A stretch of 64,000 bases of DNA. It comes from Burkholderiales bacterium. GTDB taxonomy: Bacteria; Pseudomonadota; Gammaproteobacteria; Burkholderiales; SG8-39. The notes beneath the pieces are model-generated. The model ran no database searches. It was given only the letters and a program-made list of their open reading frames with translations, and was not told the origin of the DNA. Of this stretch, positions 44,676 to 53,266 are shown piece after piece. The stretch covers positions 4,300-68,299 of the forward strand of contig DASRKB010000102.1 of NCBI GenBank assembly GCA_035649175.1. Reading direction: 5' to 3'. Position 1 is the first letter of the stretch. Every line of letters begins with the position of its first letter. The translations under genes were made by a program, and so were the position numbers.

Positions 44676-46055
44676 GTGGAAGATTTGAAGGAGATCCTGG
44701 GCAAGATTGTAGGGAGGTCGAACCTCCTCACCTCGCCCGAGGATACCGCAGCCTACCTGACCGACTGGCGAAGGCAGTACGCCGGCCCCGCGGAGTGCGT
44801 GGTGCGGCCCTCCAGCACCGCGGAGGTATCGCGCGTCGTGGCCGCCTGCGCGCAGGCGGGTGTAGCCATCGTGCCCCAGGGCGGCAACACCGGGCTCTGC
44901 GGGGGATCGGTGCCCACCGGTGTGCGGCGCGAGGTGCTGCTCTCGCTCAGCCGCCTCAACCGCATCCGCGAGGTGGACGCGCTCAACGACACGCTCACCG
45001 CCGAAGCAGGATGCGTTCTCTCGGCGGTGCAACGTGCGGCCGAAGACGCCGGGCGGCTCTTCGCCCTGTCGCTCGCGGCAGAAGGCAGCTGCCAGATCGG
45101 GGGCAATCTCTCCACCAACGCCGGCGGCGTGAACGTGCTGCGCTATGGCAGCGCCCGTGATCAGGTGCTCGGCTTGGAGGTGGTCCTGCCCGACGGGCGG
45201 GTGTGGAGCGGCTTGCGGGGCCTGCGAAAGGACAATACGGGCTACGACCTGAAGCAGCTTTTCCTGGGCGCGGAAGGCACGCTCGGCGTCATCACGGCTG
45301 CGGTGCTGCGGCTTCACCCCTTGCCGACGGCGAGCGCGACTGCTTGGGCCGGCCTTGCCACGCCGCGCTCTGCCGTGGAGCTGCTCGCCAGCCTGCATGC
45401 GCGGCTCGGCGAGCGTATCAGCGCGTTCGAGCTCGTCTCGCGGGAATGCCTGCGCGCGGTCCTCGACTGGGCCAAGGACCTCCGGGATCCGCTCACCGCG
45501 GCTTATCCCTGGTACGTCCTGCTCGAGGCTTCCGACAGCGGCTCGTCCGATTCGCTGCGTACGCGCCTGGAGGAGGCGCTCGCGGCGGAAGCGGGTCGCG
45601 GCACGCTGAGCGATGCGGCAATCGCGCAGAGCGCGGAGCAGGCGCGCTCGCTCTGGCGCATTCGCGAGTCGATTCCCGAGGCGCAGTTCGCCAACGTGAA
45701 GCACGACGTCTCGGTGCCGGTTTCCCGCGTGCCGGCCCTGCTCGAGGCGCTCGGCGAGAGGATCGGGCAGGCCTTTCCCGACGCCCCGCGCTATGCCTTC
45801 GGCCATGTCGGCGACGGCAACATCCACTACAACGTGGGAGGCGCTGATCTGATCCGCCGGCGGCAAGAAGTGAACCGCATCGTTTACGACGCCGTATCCG
45901 CGCTTGGCGGCTCGATTTCCGCGGAGCACGGCTTGGGGCAGCTCAAGCGCGAGGAGATTCGAAAGCACAAGGATGCCATCGAGCTCGAGCTGATGCGCGC
46001 GCTGAAGGGCGCCCTCGACCCCCAGGGCCTCATGAACCCGGGCAAGGTGCTTTAG
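44676..46055 (+). CDS. FAD-linked oxidase (GlcD / D-2-hydroxyacid dehydrogenase-like)
   Basis: Maximal ORF starts at TTG 44643; GTG 44661 and 44676 are alternatives. VVRPSSTAEVSRVVAACAQAGVAIVPQGGNTGLCGGSVP. C-terminal GSISAEHGLGQLK. Confidence 0.85.
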   Translation: MEDLKEILGKIVGRSNLLTSPEDTAAYLTDWRRQYAGPAECVVRPSSTAEVSRVVAACAQAGVAIVPQGGNTGLCGGSVPTGVRREVLLSLSRLNRIREVDALNDTLTAEAGCVLSAVQRAAEDAGRLFALSLAAEGSCQIGGNLSTNAGGVNVLRYGSARDQVLGLEVVLPDGRVWSGLRGLRKDNTGYDLKQLFLGAEGTLGVITAAVLRLHPLPTASATAWAGLATPRSAVELLASLHARLGERISAFELVSRECLRAVLDWAKDLRDPLTAAYPWYVLLEASDSGSSDSLRTRLEEALAAEAGRGTLSDAAIAQSAEQARSLWRIRESIPEAQFANVKHDVSVPVSRVPALLEALGERIGQAFPDAPRYAFGHVGDGNIHYNVGGADLIRRRQEVNRIVYDAVSALGGSISAEHGLGQLKREEIRKHKDAIELELMRALKGALDPQGLMNPGKVL

Positions 46056-46816
46056 CGCGTCAGAAAGAGGGCCTGCCGCCGGCCGTCGGGCGCGACGAGC
46101 TCGCCGCTCATCCGGGTGCCCTCAACGCGGCCGCTGAAGCGTCCCTCCCGCGAGCGCCACGAGATCTCGTGCCCCGAGAGCCGGGCGTCCTCGGCGCCCG
46201 ATACGTCGATCTGCTGATAGTTCTGCTCGATGCGCACCTCGCGTCCGTCGACGCGCCAGGTCCCGCGTACCTCGGCCGGCACGATCCACAGAAAGAGCCG
46301 GCTTTCGGGGCCCTGGCCGGGATGCGGCTGGGCGATGCGCATGACCTCCGTACGGTCGGGCTTCCACCCCGCCATGGCGAAGCCATGGGCGACGATGCGC
46401 GTGCCAGGCCGCAGCTCGGAGATGAAGCGCGGTTCGAGCTTGCCAATCAGCCCCGGAAGCAGGTAGAGGGTCACGACGCTCGCCGGGGAGATATCGGCGA
46501 GCAGCACGTCGCCCTGCACGAACGAAACCCGATCGCTCACGCCGGCAAGGCGGGCGTTGCGGCGGGATTCCTCGACCAGCGGTGGGCTGAGCTCAATCCC
46601 GATGCCGCGGGCGCCGAACTTGCGCGCGGCAGCGATGACGATGCGGCCGTCCCCGGAGCCGAGGTCCATCACCACGTCATCGGCGCGCGTGCCCGCGAGC
46701 TCGAGCATCCGCTCGACCACCGCGTCCGGGGTGGTGATGAACGGCGGGCGCAGGTCCGCGTCGTCGGCGCTTGCCTGGCACGCGACGAGAAGCAGGGGGA
46801 GCAGCGCCGCCCTCAC
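46052..46816 (-). CDS. Class I SAM-dependent methyltransferase fold protein with lipoprotein signal peptide
   Basis: ORF 46052..47245 trimmed to GTG 46816 (GTGA overlap with the TlpA stop). MRAALLPLLLVAC lipobox. Motif I VVMDLGSGDGRI. Post-I GIGIELS. Confidence 0.72.
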   Translation of the reverse strand: MRAALLPLLLVACQASADDADLRPPFITTPDAVVERMLELAGTRADDVVMDLGSGDGRIVIAAARKFGARGIGIELSPPLVEESRRNARLAGVSDRVSFVQGDVLLADISPASVVTLYLLPGLIGKLEPRFISELRPGTRIVAHGFAMAGWKPDRTEVMRIAQPHPGQGPESRLFLWIVPAEVRGTWRVDGREVRIEQNYQQIDVSGAEDARLSGHEISWRSREGRFSGRVEGTRMSGELVAPDGRRQALFLTR

Positions 46817-47280
46817 GGCATGAGCGCCGCGATCTTTTGTTGCGCCTCGGGACTCGCCCAGTCGAGCGCGCCCACGTGGCGGATGCGCAGCTCGCCCTCG
46901 GGCCCGAGCACGTAGGTCGCCGGCAGGATGCGCGCCCCCCAGGCCTTGGTCAGGCTGCCGTCGCGGTCGAGCAGCACCGTGAACTTGTGCGGCATCGTTT
47001 TCAGGTAATCGCCGGCCACCCTGCCGCCCTCGGCGACGTTCACGGCGAGCACCACGAAGGGCCGGCCTTCCAGCGCCTGGCGCAGCCGCTCCAGGCTGGG
47101 CATCTCCTCCCGGCATGGACCGCACCAGGTCGCCCAAAAGTTCACCATCACCACCTTGCCACGGTAGTCCGCGAGACGGTGCACGCGACCGTCCAGGTCT
47201 TCGAGCTCGAGCTTCGGCGGCCCGGCGATGGCGCCGGCGACCCAAAAGGCGAGCAGCGCGAGGAGCCAGCGTGCGCGCAT
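46813..47280 (-). CDS. TlpA-family periplasmic thiol:disulfide oxidoreductase
   Basis: 155 aa. Signal peptide. WATWCGPC active site. Confidence 0.88.
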   Translation of the reverse strand: MRARWLLALLAFWVAGAIAGPPKLELEDLDGRVHRLADYRGKVVMVNFWATWCGPCREEMPSLERLRQALEGRPFVVLAVNVAEGGRVAGDYLKTMPHKFTVLLDRDGSLTKAWGARILPATYVLGPEGELRIRHVGALDWASPEAQQKIAALMP

Positions 47281-48365
47281 CAGGCTTTGAGCTCGCGAAC
47301 GGTGATGACGTACTTGAACGAGTCGGGATCGAGCTGGTCGAGGCGATCGCCGCCGGTCTCGGCGTTCGGGTACATCAGGTAGGGCAGCTGCGGACCGCGC
47401 GAACCCGGCAGCGAGATGTCGTGGCCCATGTTGTAGGCCAGCCAGTTCATCTCCCAGCTTCCGAACAGGCGCTTGCGCGCCGCCTCGACCTTGCCGTCAT
47501 CCATGGGGAGGTTGCCGGGCGGCTCCTCCAGCACCACCTTACGCACGTCGGCGGGATCGACGGGTACCCAGCCGAAGCCCGGCGCGAAGAACTCTGCGCG
47601 GCAATGCTGGGCCTTGCTGATGACCGGCGACCCTGTTCCAAGGCTCTTGTAGCCGTGGGCCGAGGGCGCGACCCGGATGCCGTACACGTCGCGCGCCGGC
47701 ACGCCCGCGGCGCGCGCCAGGCCGACGAAAAGGGCGTTCAGGTCGCCGCACTTGCCGCCGAGGTTCCTGGTCTCGAGCATGGCCTTGATGTCGCCCCAGC
47801 CGCAGCCGCGCACCTTCGGATCGCGGAAGCTGTTGTCGACCACCCACTCGTAGATCGCGCGTGCCTTGCCGACATCGCCGCGGTTTCCCTTGACGATGTC
47901 TTCGGCGGTCTCGCGCACGATGCCGTCGGTCGGGATGAGCTCGGTCGGCGCGGTGAAGAACTTGCGCTCGGCGGCGCTCAGCGCCGCGCCGCCGGCCGGG
48001 CCCGAGAGGTCCACGCTGCGGTCGCGTACCGGCGTCGAGAACCGGCTCGAGAGCTCGAGATAGGGAGCACTCTCTGACGCGGACCACTCGACGTAGAGCA
48101 TCTCCACGCCGTACTTCGGGTCGCGCATCAGCTCGGCGCGCGCCGCGTTACCGTGCCAGGCATTGCCCTGCCCGCGGTGCCAGTCGAGGGATCCGGACAT
48201 CGGCAGCGGGATCCACGCGCGCGAAAGGCCGGCGGGTCGCTGGATGTCGAGGCGCGTGGTGATCTCGAAACTGCGCCATCCGCTCCGGCCGTGGGCGATG
48301 CGCCAGGGGAGCGAGACGACAGCCGCGGAAGCAGCGGAGGATGTAAGAAACGCTCTGCGGTCCAT
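47280..48365 (-). CDS. Transglutaminase-like domain protein with Tat signal
   Basis: 361 aa. MDRRAFLTSSAASAAVV (twin-Arg). Core GKCGDLNALFVGLARAAGVPAR...HCRAEFF...GWVPVDP (Cys-His-Asp). AGGAG upstream. Confidence 0.85.
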   Translation of the reverse strand: MDRRAFLTSSAASAAVVSLPWRIAHGRSGWRSFEITTRLDIQRPAGLSRAWIPLPMSGSLDWHRGQGNAWHGNAARAELMRDPKYGVEMLYVEWSASESAPYLELSSRFSTPVRDRSVDLSGPAGGAALSAAERKFFTAPTELIPTDGIVRETAEDIVKGNRGDVGKARAIYEWVVDNSFRDPKVRGCGWGDIKAMLETRNLGGKCGDLNALFVGLARAAGVPARDVYGIRVAPSAHGYKSLGTGSPVISKAQHCRAEFFAPGFGWVPVDPADVRKVVLEEPPGNLPMDDGKVEAARKRLFGSWEMNWLAYNMGHDISLPGSRGPQLPYLMYPNAETGGDRLDQLDPDSFKYVITVRELKA

Positions 48366-48537
48366 GAGTACTCCTGACTTGAACTAAAGGAAAATGCGGC
48401 AGGGTGCCGAGCGGGGCGTGGACGGGCCGTCAACTCTAACGGCTCGACCGCCGAAAGAAAACCCGAGACGCTTCATGGTCTCGCGGAATATCGCCCCGCG
48501 TTCCGCTGTGTTGGGCAGGGTGTCGGCCGGCCGAATC

Positions 48538-48543
48538 TATAAT
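48538..48543 (+). promoter_or_regulatory. TATAAT hexamer 9 nt upstream of ATG 48553 (possible leaderless transcript)
   Basis: Consensus -10. No SD between it and the ATG. No convincing -35 was seen. Confidence 0.3.
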
Positions 48544-48552
48544 GCCCCCGGC

Positions 48553-49389
48553 ATGTACAAGACCTGGCTGGAGGTCGCCCTTAACGGGGCATGGGGCAAG
48601 GGTCTCCAGCCGCAGATCCCCATGCGGGTCGACGACATCGTCGCCCAGGGGGTCGCGTGCGCGGCCGAGGGCGCGGCGATCGTGCACGTGCATGCCTACG
48701 ATGCGGAAAGCGGGCGTCAGCACGACGACGCCGACACCTACGCGCGCATCATCGAGGGAATCCGCAGCCGCGCCGACTGCATCGTCTACCCGACGATACC
48801 GGTGGGCGGCGACACCATGTCGGCCGAGCAGCGCTTTCGAGCGATCGAGGCGCTCGCGCGCCGCGGCCTGCTCGAGTGGGCGGTGGTCGATCCGGGCTCG
48901 GTGAATCTCGACAGCTTCGTCTACGTCAACCCCGACGAGCATGTGCGCCACGGGCTCGGGCTCGCCGCGCAGCACCGCTTCCATCCAGGCTACGCGATCT
49001 ACGAGCCGGGGTTCGTGCGCCTGGGCGCCCTGCGCGCCCGCGAGGCCGGCCCGGTGCCGCAGCCGATCTACCGCTTCATGTTCTCGGAGGGTTTGCCCTT
49101 CGGCTTCCCCCCCGCGCTCTACGCGCTCGAGGCCTACCTGCGGCTCCTCGGGGACAGCGCCCCCGGGGCGCCGTGGATGGTTGCTGGCCTTTCGGTCGAC
49201 GTCCTGCCGCTCGTGCGGGCGGCGATCGAGCGAGGCGGACATGTACGGGTCGGCCTCGAGGATGCGCCGCTCGGCTCGGCGCGCTCGAACGTCGAGTGGA
49301 CCATCGCGGCCCGCCGCGCCATCGAGGAGGCGGGAGGCCGGCTCGCGTCATCCGCGGAGGTGCGTCGCGCGTTGAATCCTGCGCGATGA
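48553..49389 (+). CDS. 3-keto-5-aminohexanoate cleavage enzyme family (BKACE/DUF849) protein
   Basis: ORF 48394..49389 trimmed to ATG 48553. LEVALNGAWGK...IVHVHAYD...RVGLED motifs. Confidence 0.82.
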   Translation: MYKTWLEVALNGAWGKGLQPQIPMRVDDIVAQGVACAAEGAAIVHVHAYDAESGRQHDDADTYARIIEGIRSRADCIVYPTIPVGGDTMSAEQRFRAIEALARRGLLEWAVVDPGSVNLDSFVYVNPDEHVRHGLGLAAQHRFHPGYAIYEPGFVRLGALRAREAGPVPQPIYRFMFSEGLPFGFPPALYALEAYLRLLGDSAPGAPWMVAGLSVDVLPLVRAAIERGGHVRVGLEDAPLGSARSNVEWTIAARRAIEEAGGRLASSAEVRRALNPAR

Positions 49390-49961
49390 GCGTTGACGAC
49401 GAGTTCATGTCGGCCCTGCCGTCCGGCGACCTGTGGGTCTTCGGCTACGGCTCGCTCATCTGGTCGCCCTGCTTTCCCTACAAGGCGAGGAAGCTCGGCC
49501 GGATCCACGGCTACCACCGGGCCCTTTGCATCCTTTCGACCCGCTATCGCGGCACGCGGCAGCGGCCCGGGCTGGTGGTCGGCCTTTGCCCCGGGGGCTC
49601 GTGCTGGGGCATGGCGTATCGAATCGATGTGGCGCACGTGCGGCGCGCGCTGAACAGGCTCTGGAGCCGGGAGATGATCCGGCGCGTCTACCGCCCACGA
49701 CTCGTTCCCGTGCGGCTGGCGGCGCGGCAGACCGTGCGCGGGCTCGCGTTCGTCGCCGATACGGCGCACCCCGCCTGCGTACGAGAGCTGGACCTGCACG
49801 GCCGCGCGAAGCTCGTCGCGCAAGGCATAGGCCAGCGCGGCGCCTGCGTGGACTATATCCGCCATACGCTCGACCACATGCACGAGCTCGGCGTGCGGGA
49901 CCCGCATCTCGAGCGCGTGCTCCACGCCGCGCTCGAGCTACGCCAGGCGGGTGAGCGCTGA
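49386..49961 (+). CDS. chaC: ChaC-family gamma-glutamylcyclotransferase
   Basis: Trimmed to ATG 49386 (ATGA overlap with the BKACE stop). LWVFGYGSLIW motif, later RPGLVVGL...G.AYRI. Confidence 0.85.
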   Translation: MSVDDEFMSALPSGDLWVFGYGSLIWSPCFPYKARKLGRIHGYHRALCILSTRYRGTRQRPGLVVGLCPGGSCWGMAYRIDVAHVRRALNRLWSREMIRRVYRPRLVPVRLAARQTVRGLAFVADTAHPACVRELDLHGRAKLVAQGIGQRGACVDYIRHTLDHMHELGVRDPHLERVLHAALELRQAGER

Positions 49962-51062
49962 TCGCATCCGTTCCAGAGCCTGCGCGAGACGTGCGCGCTG
50001 AGTCGCGAAGTTGAGGCGCACGAAGCGGGGCTCGCCAAACTGGCTGCCCGGCGACAGGGCGACGCCCGCTTCGAGAAAGAGCCGGTGCGGGTCCTTACCC
50101 TCCAGTCTGGAGCAGTCGATCCAAGCGAGATAGGTCGCTTCCGGGCGCGCGATCGGTAGCGGCTTCAGCGCGTCGAGCACCATCTCTCGGTTGGCGCGCA
50201 GGTACTCGTTCTGCGCGGCAAGCCAGTCGTCGCCCTCGCGATACGCCGCCAGCGTGGCGACATAGCCGAACACCGATGGCGAAGGCAACGCGTGCGCCCG
50301 CACGTCCGCCGAGAACGCCTCGCGCATCCCCGCGTCCTCGATCACCGCCCACGCGCATCCGGCGGCCGGAAAGTTGTACGCCTTGGTGGCCGACATCAGG
50401 GTCACCGAGCGCCGCGATACCTCCGGGCCGAGCGAGGCGATCGGGACGTGGCGGACTCCGGGTTCGAGCACCAGGTCGCAGTGGATCTCGTCCGAGACGA
50501 TCGTCATGCCGCGCGTAAGGCCGGCGAGCTGCTCGAGCTCGCCCCGGCGGAACACCGTGCCGCCGGGATTCTGCGGGTTGCAGAGGAAGAGCGTCGTGGA
50601 CCCCGTCGACCGGTGGACCACGTCGAGGTCGAGCACCCACCTGCCGGAGTCGAGCACGAGCGGCACCTCGTCGTGCGCCCGCGGCGCGAGCTCCAGCGCG
50701 CGCTTGAAGTGGTGATACACGGGCCTGGGTACGAGCGCATGGCCATCGGGCGGCACGAGCTTGCGCGCGGCGAGGTGCAGGCCAGGTACTACGCCAGGCA
50801 GAAACACGATCCATGAGGCATCGATCGTCCAGCCGTAGCGGGTGCGGCAGCGCGCCACGATGGCCTCGCGCAGGGCCTCCGGCGGCGCGGTGTAGCCCAG
50901 GACGCCGTGCCCCAGCCGCTCTTGCAGCGCACGGAGCACCGCCGGCGCGGCACGGAAGTCGGTATCGGCGACCCACAGCGGGATGACCTCAGGACCGTAG
51001 CGGTCCCAGCGCGTGCTCCAGGTCCCCGCCCTTTCCACCGGCGCGTCGAAGTCGAAAGGCAT
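49938..51062 (-). CDS. PatB/MalY-family C-S lyase (class I/II aminotransferase fold)
   Basis: MPFDFDAPVERAGTWSTRWDRY...WVADTDF...SDEIH...SATKAYNF (PLP Lys). Track start TTG 51068; ATG 51062 preferred. Confidence 0.88.
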   Translation of the reverse strand: MPFDFDAPVERAGTWSTRWDRYGPEVIPLWVADTDFRAAPAVLRALQERLGHGVLGYTAPPEALREAIVARCRTRYGWTIDASWIVFLPGVVPGLHLAARKLVPPDGHALVPRPVYHHFKRALELAPRAHDEVPLVLDSGRWVLDLDVVHRSTGSTTLFLCNPQNPGGTVFRRGELEQLAGLTRGMTIVSDEIHCDLVLEPGVRHVPIASLGPEVSRRSVTLMSATKAYNFPAAGCAWAVIEDAGMREAFSADVRAHALPSPSVFGYVATLAAYREGDDWLAAQNEYLRANREMVLDALKPLPIARPEATYLAWIDCSRLEGKDPHRLFLEAGVALSPGSQFGEPRFVRLNFATQRARLAQALERMRSALTRLA

Positions 51063-51066
51063 CGTC

Positions 51067-51094
51067 AAAAATAACGCCGGGCAGCGCCCGGCGT
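51067..51094 (-). terminator. Rho-independent terminator after dctM
   Basis: acgccgggc(51074..51082)-agc-gcccggcgt(51086..51094). Minus strand continues TATTTTTG. Confidence 0.6.
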
Positions 51095-51110
51095 CGAGTG
51101 GTGGCGGTTG

Positions 51111-52655
51111 TTATTTCTTGGTGTTCGACAGCTCGTCTTCCTCCAGGCTGTCTCCCGCGCTCTCCTCCTCCTCTTGCTCCGTGCCGGCCTCCTGGGCATC
51201 CTCGAGCGCCTCGCGCAGCTGCGCGCCGTAGCCCCCATCGGGCTGGTAATCCTCGAGGGAAGCGCCGCCTTCGACCTCCTCGGTGACGACCGCGCGGGCG
51301 ATCTCCTGCAGCTTTTCCGGCAGCCAGGTCGCGATCGCCGGGAACATCACGATCAGCGCGATGGCGATCACCTGCAGTCCCATGAACTCGAACATGCCCT
51401 TGTAGATGGTGAGCAGCGACCATTCCTTCACCACCTGCTTGAGGTAATAGGCCGACATCGCCACGGGCGGTGAGAGGTATGCCGTCTGCAGCGTCACGGC
51501 GACGATCGTGCCGAACCAGACCATCAGCATGTCGGGCGCGATCCCGAGCGACGCGGAGAGCGGCTGCTGAAGCCCGACCATCACCGGGTAGAAGATCGGC
51601 AGGAACACGAGGATCACCGCCGGCCACTCGAAGGGCCAGCCCAGCAGGAAGACCATCACCAGCACCATGACCAGCATCAGCACCGCGGGGAAGGGCAGCG
51701 CGAGCAGGGACTCCGTGATCCAGTTCGCGCTGCCCATGCGGGCAAACACCGCGCCGAAGATGTTCGAGGTGACCGCCAGCAGAAGCACCATGGCGGAGGT
51801 CGCGGTCGAGCTGAGCACCGCGCGCTTGAGTCCCGCGTAGGTCAACCTGCGGTAGGCCGTCGCCAGGATCAGCGCGCCCAGCGAGCCGATGCCGGCGGCT
51901 TCGGTCGGCGTCGCGAGACCTGCGAGGATCGAGCCCAGCGTCGCGGCGATGAGGCCCAAGAGCGGCACCACGCCAATCAAGACCTCCTTGATCATCAGCG
52001 GCAGGCTCGATACGCGCTCCTCCTTGGGCACCGGAGGTCCAAGGGCCGGGTTGAGCGTGCTGCGCCCGAGCAGGTAGATGAAGTAGATGCTGGCGAGGAG
52101 GAAGCCCGGGCCCATCGCCGCCGCGTAGAGGTCGGCAACCGAAACGCCCAGCACCGGCCCCATGACGATCAGCATGACCGAGGGCGGGATGAGGATGCCG
52201 AGCGTGCCACCGGCGGTGATCGCACCGGCGGCAAGCCTGCCGTCGTAGCCGGTCTTGATCATGATCGGTGCCGCCATGATGCCGAGCACCGTCACCGCCG
52301 CGCCGACGATGCCGGTCGCCATGGCGAACACTGCGGAAGTCACTATCACCACCAGGAAGAGGGCCCCGCGCACCTGCGCGAGCAGCATGCGGAAGGCGCT
52401 GAAAAGCCGCTCCATCAACCCCGCCTGCTCGGTGATGAAGCCCATGAAGATGAAGAGGGGCACCGCCGCGAGCAGCGACTCCTTCATCATGCCGATGGTC
52501 TGGAAGTACGCCAGGCTGAAGACCGTGTCGCCGAGCGCGAAGTAGCCGAAGGTGAGCGCGAGGAACAGCAGCGTGAACGAGATCGGGAAGCCGATGAAGA
52601 TGGCGAAGATCATCACCACCAGCATCACCATCCCCACGAGCGTGATGCCGGTCAT
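51111..52655 (-). CDS. dctM: TRAP transporter large permease (DctM) with acidic C-terminal extension
   Basis: ORF 51111..53123 trimmed to ATG 52655 (ATGA overlap with the dctQ stop). Highly hydrophobic. About 70-aa tail ...EEVEGGASLEDYQPDGG...EQEEEESAGDSLEEDELSNTKK. Confidence 0.9.
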   Translation of the reverse strand: MTGITLVGMVMLVVMIFAIFIGFPISFTLLFLALTFGYFALGDTVFSLAYFQTIGMMKESLLAAVPLFIFMGFITEQAGLMERLFSAFRMLLAQVRGALFLVVIVTSAVFAMATGIVGAAVTVLGIMAAPIMIKTGYDGRLAAGAITAGGTLGILIPPSVMLIVMGPVLGVSVADLYAAAMGPGFLLASIYFIYLLGRSTLNPALGPPVPKEERVSSLPLMIKEVLIGVVPLLGLIAATLGSILAGLATPTEAAGIGSLGALILATAYRRLTYAGLKRAVLSSTATSAMVLLLAVTSNIFGAVFARMGSANWITESLLALPFPAVLMLVMVLVMVFLLGWPFEWPAVILVFLPIFYPVMVGLQQPLSASLGIAPDMLMVWFGTIVAVTLQTAYLSPPVAMSAYYLKQVVKEWSLLTIYKGMFEFMGLQVIAIALIVMFPAIATWLPEKLQEIARAVVTEEVEGGASLEDYQPDGGYGAQLREALEDAQEAGTEQEEEESAGDSLEEDELSNTKK

Positions 52656-53203
52656 ACCTCCATCTTCTCCTTGTGCTCGAGCTCGATGCCGGTGCGCGCG
52701 GCGTAGACGCTCTTGATCGTCTCGGATATCCCCTGGATGAGCAGCAGCAGGCAGGCGAGCGGCACCACCATCTTGAAGGGCCACAGGATCGGCCGCCACG
52801 GGGTCTGCTCCGAGAGCTCGTTGATGGTGTACGCGTACCAGCCCTCTTCCCAGCTGACGATGAGGAAGATGAAGATCGACGGAAAGAAGAAGACGATGTA
52901 TGCGGTGCTGTCGATGACGCCCTTGGTGCGGATCGTCCACTTCTCGAAGAAGAAGTCGGTGCGGATGTGCGCGCCCTTGTGCAGGGCGTACGCGCAGCCG
53001 AGCATGAAGATCGCGCCGTACAGCATGTAGGTGAGGTCGAACGACCAGATGGTCGGGGCGTTGAAGCCGTAACGGGCGAACACCTCCCAAGCGACCACGG
53101 CGACCAGCGGGATATGCAGCCACGCCACCCAGGTGCCGGTGGTGTCGGTGAACTTGTCGATCACGCGGACGGTCTTGACCAGCCCCGCGGACGGCTCAGC
53201 CAT
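52652..53203 (-). CDS. dctQ: TRAP transporter small permease (DctQ)
   Basis: 183 aa, 4 TM-like segments, directly upstream of dctM. Confidence 0.85.
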   Translation of the reverse strand: MAEPSAGLVKTVRVIDKFTDTTGTWVAWLHIPLVAVVAWEVFARYGFNAPTIWSFDLTYMLYGAIFMLGCAYALHKGAHIRTDFFFEKWTIRTKGVIDSTAYIVFFFPSIFIFLIVSWEEGWYAYTINELSEQTPWRPILWPFKMVVPLACLLLLIQGISETIKSVYAARTGIELEHKEKMEV

Positions 53204-53218
53204 GTCGCGCTACCCCCG

Positions 53219-53251
53219 AATAGCAAACGGGGGCGGTCTTCGCCGCCCCCG
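53219..53251 (-). terminator. Hairpin between binding-protein gene and dctQ (attenuator candidate)
   Basis: cgggggcgg(53228..53236)-tcttcg-ccgcccccg(53243..53251), then TTTGCTATT on the minus strand. Confidence 0.45.
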
Positions 53252-53266
53252 TCCGGGAAACACCTG

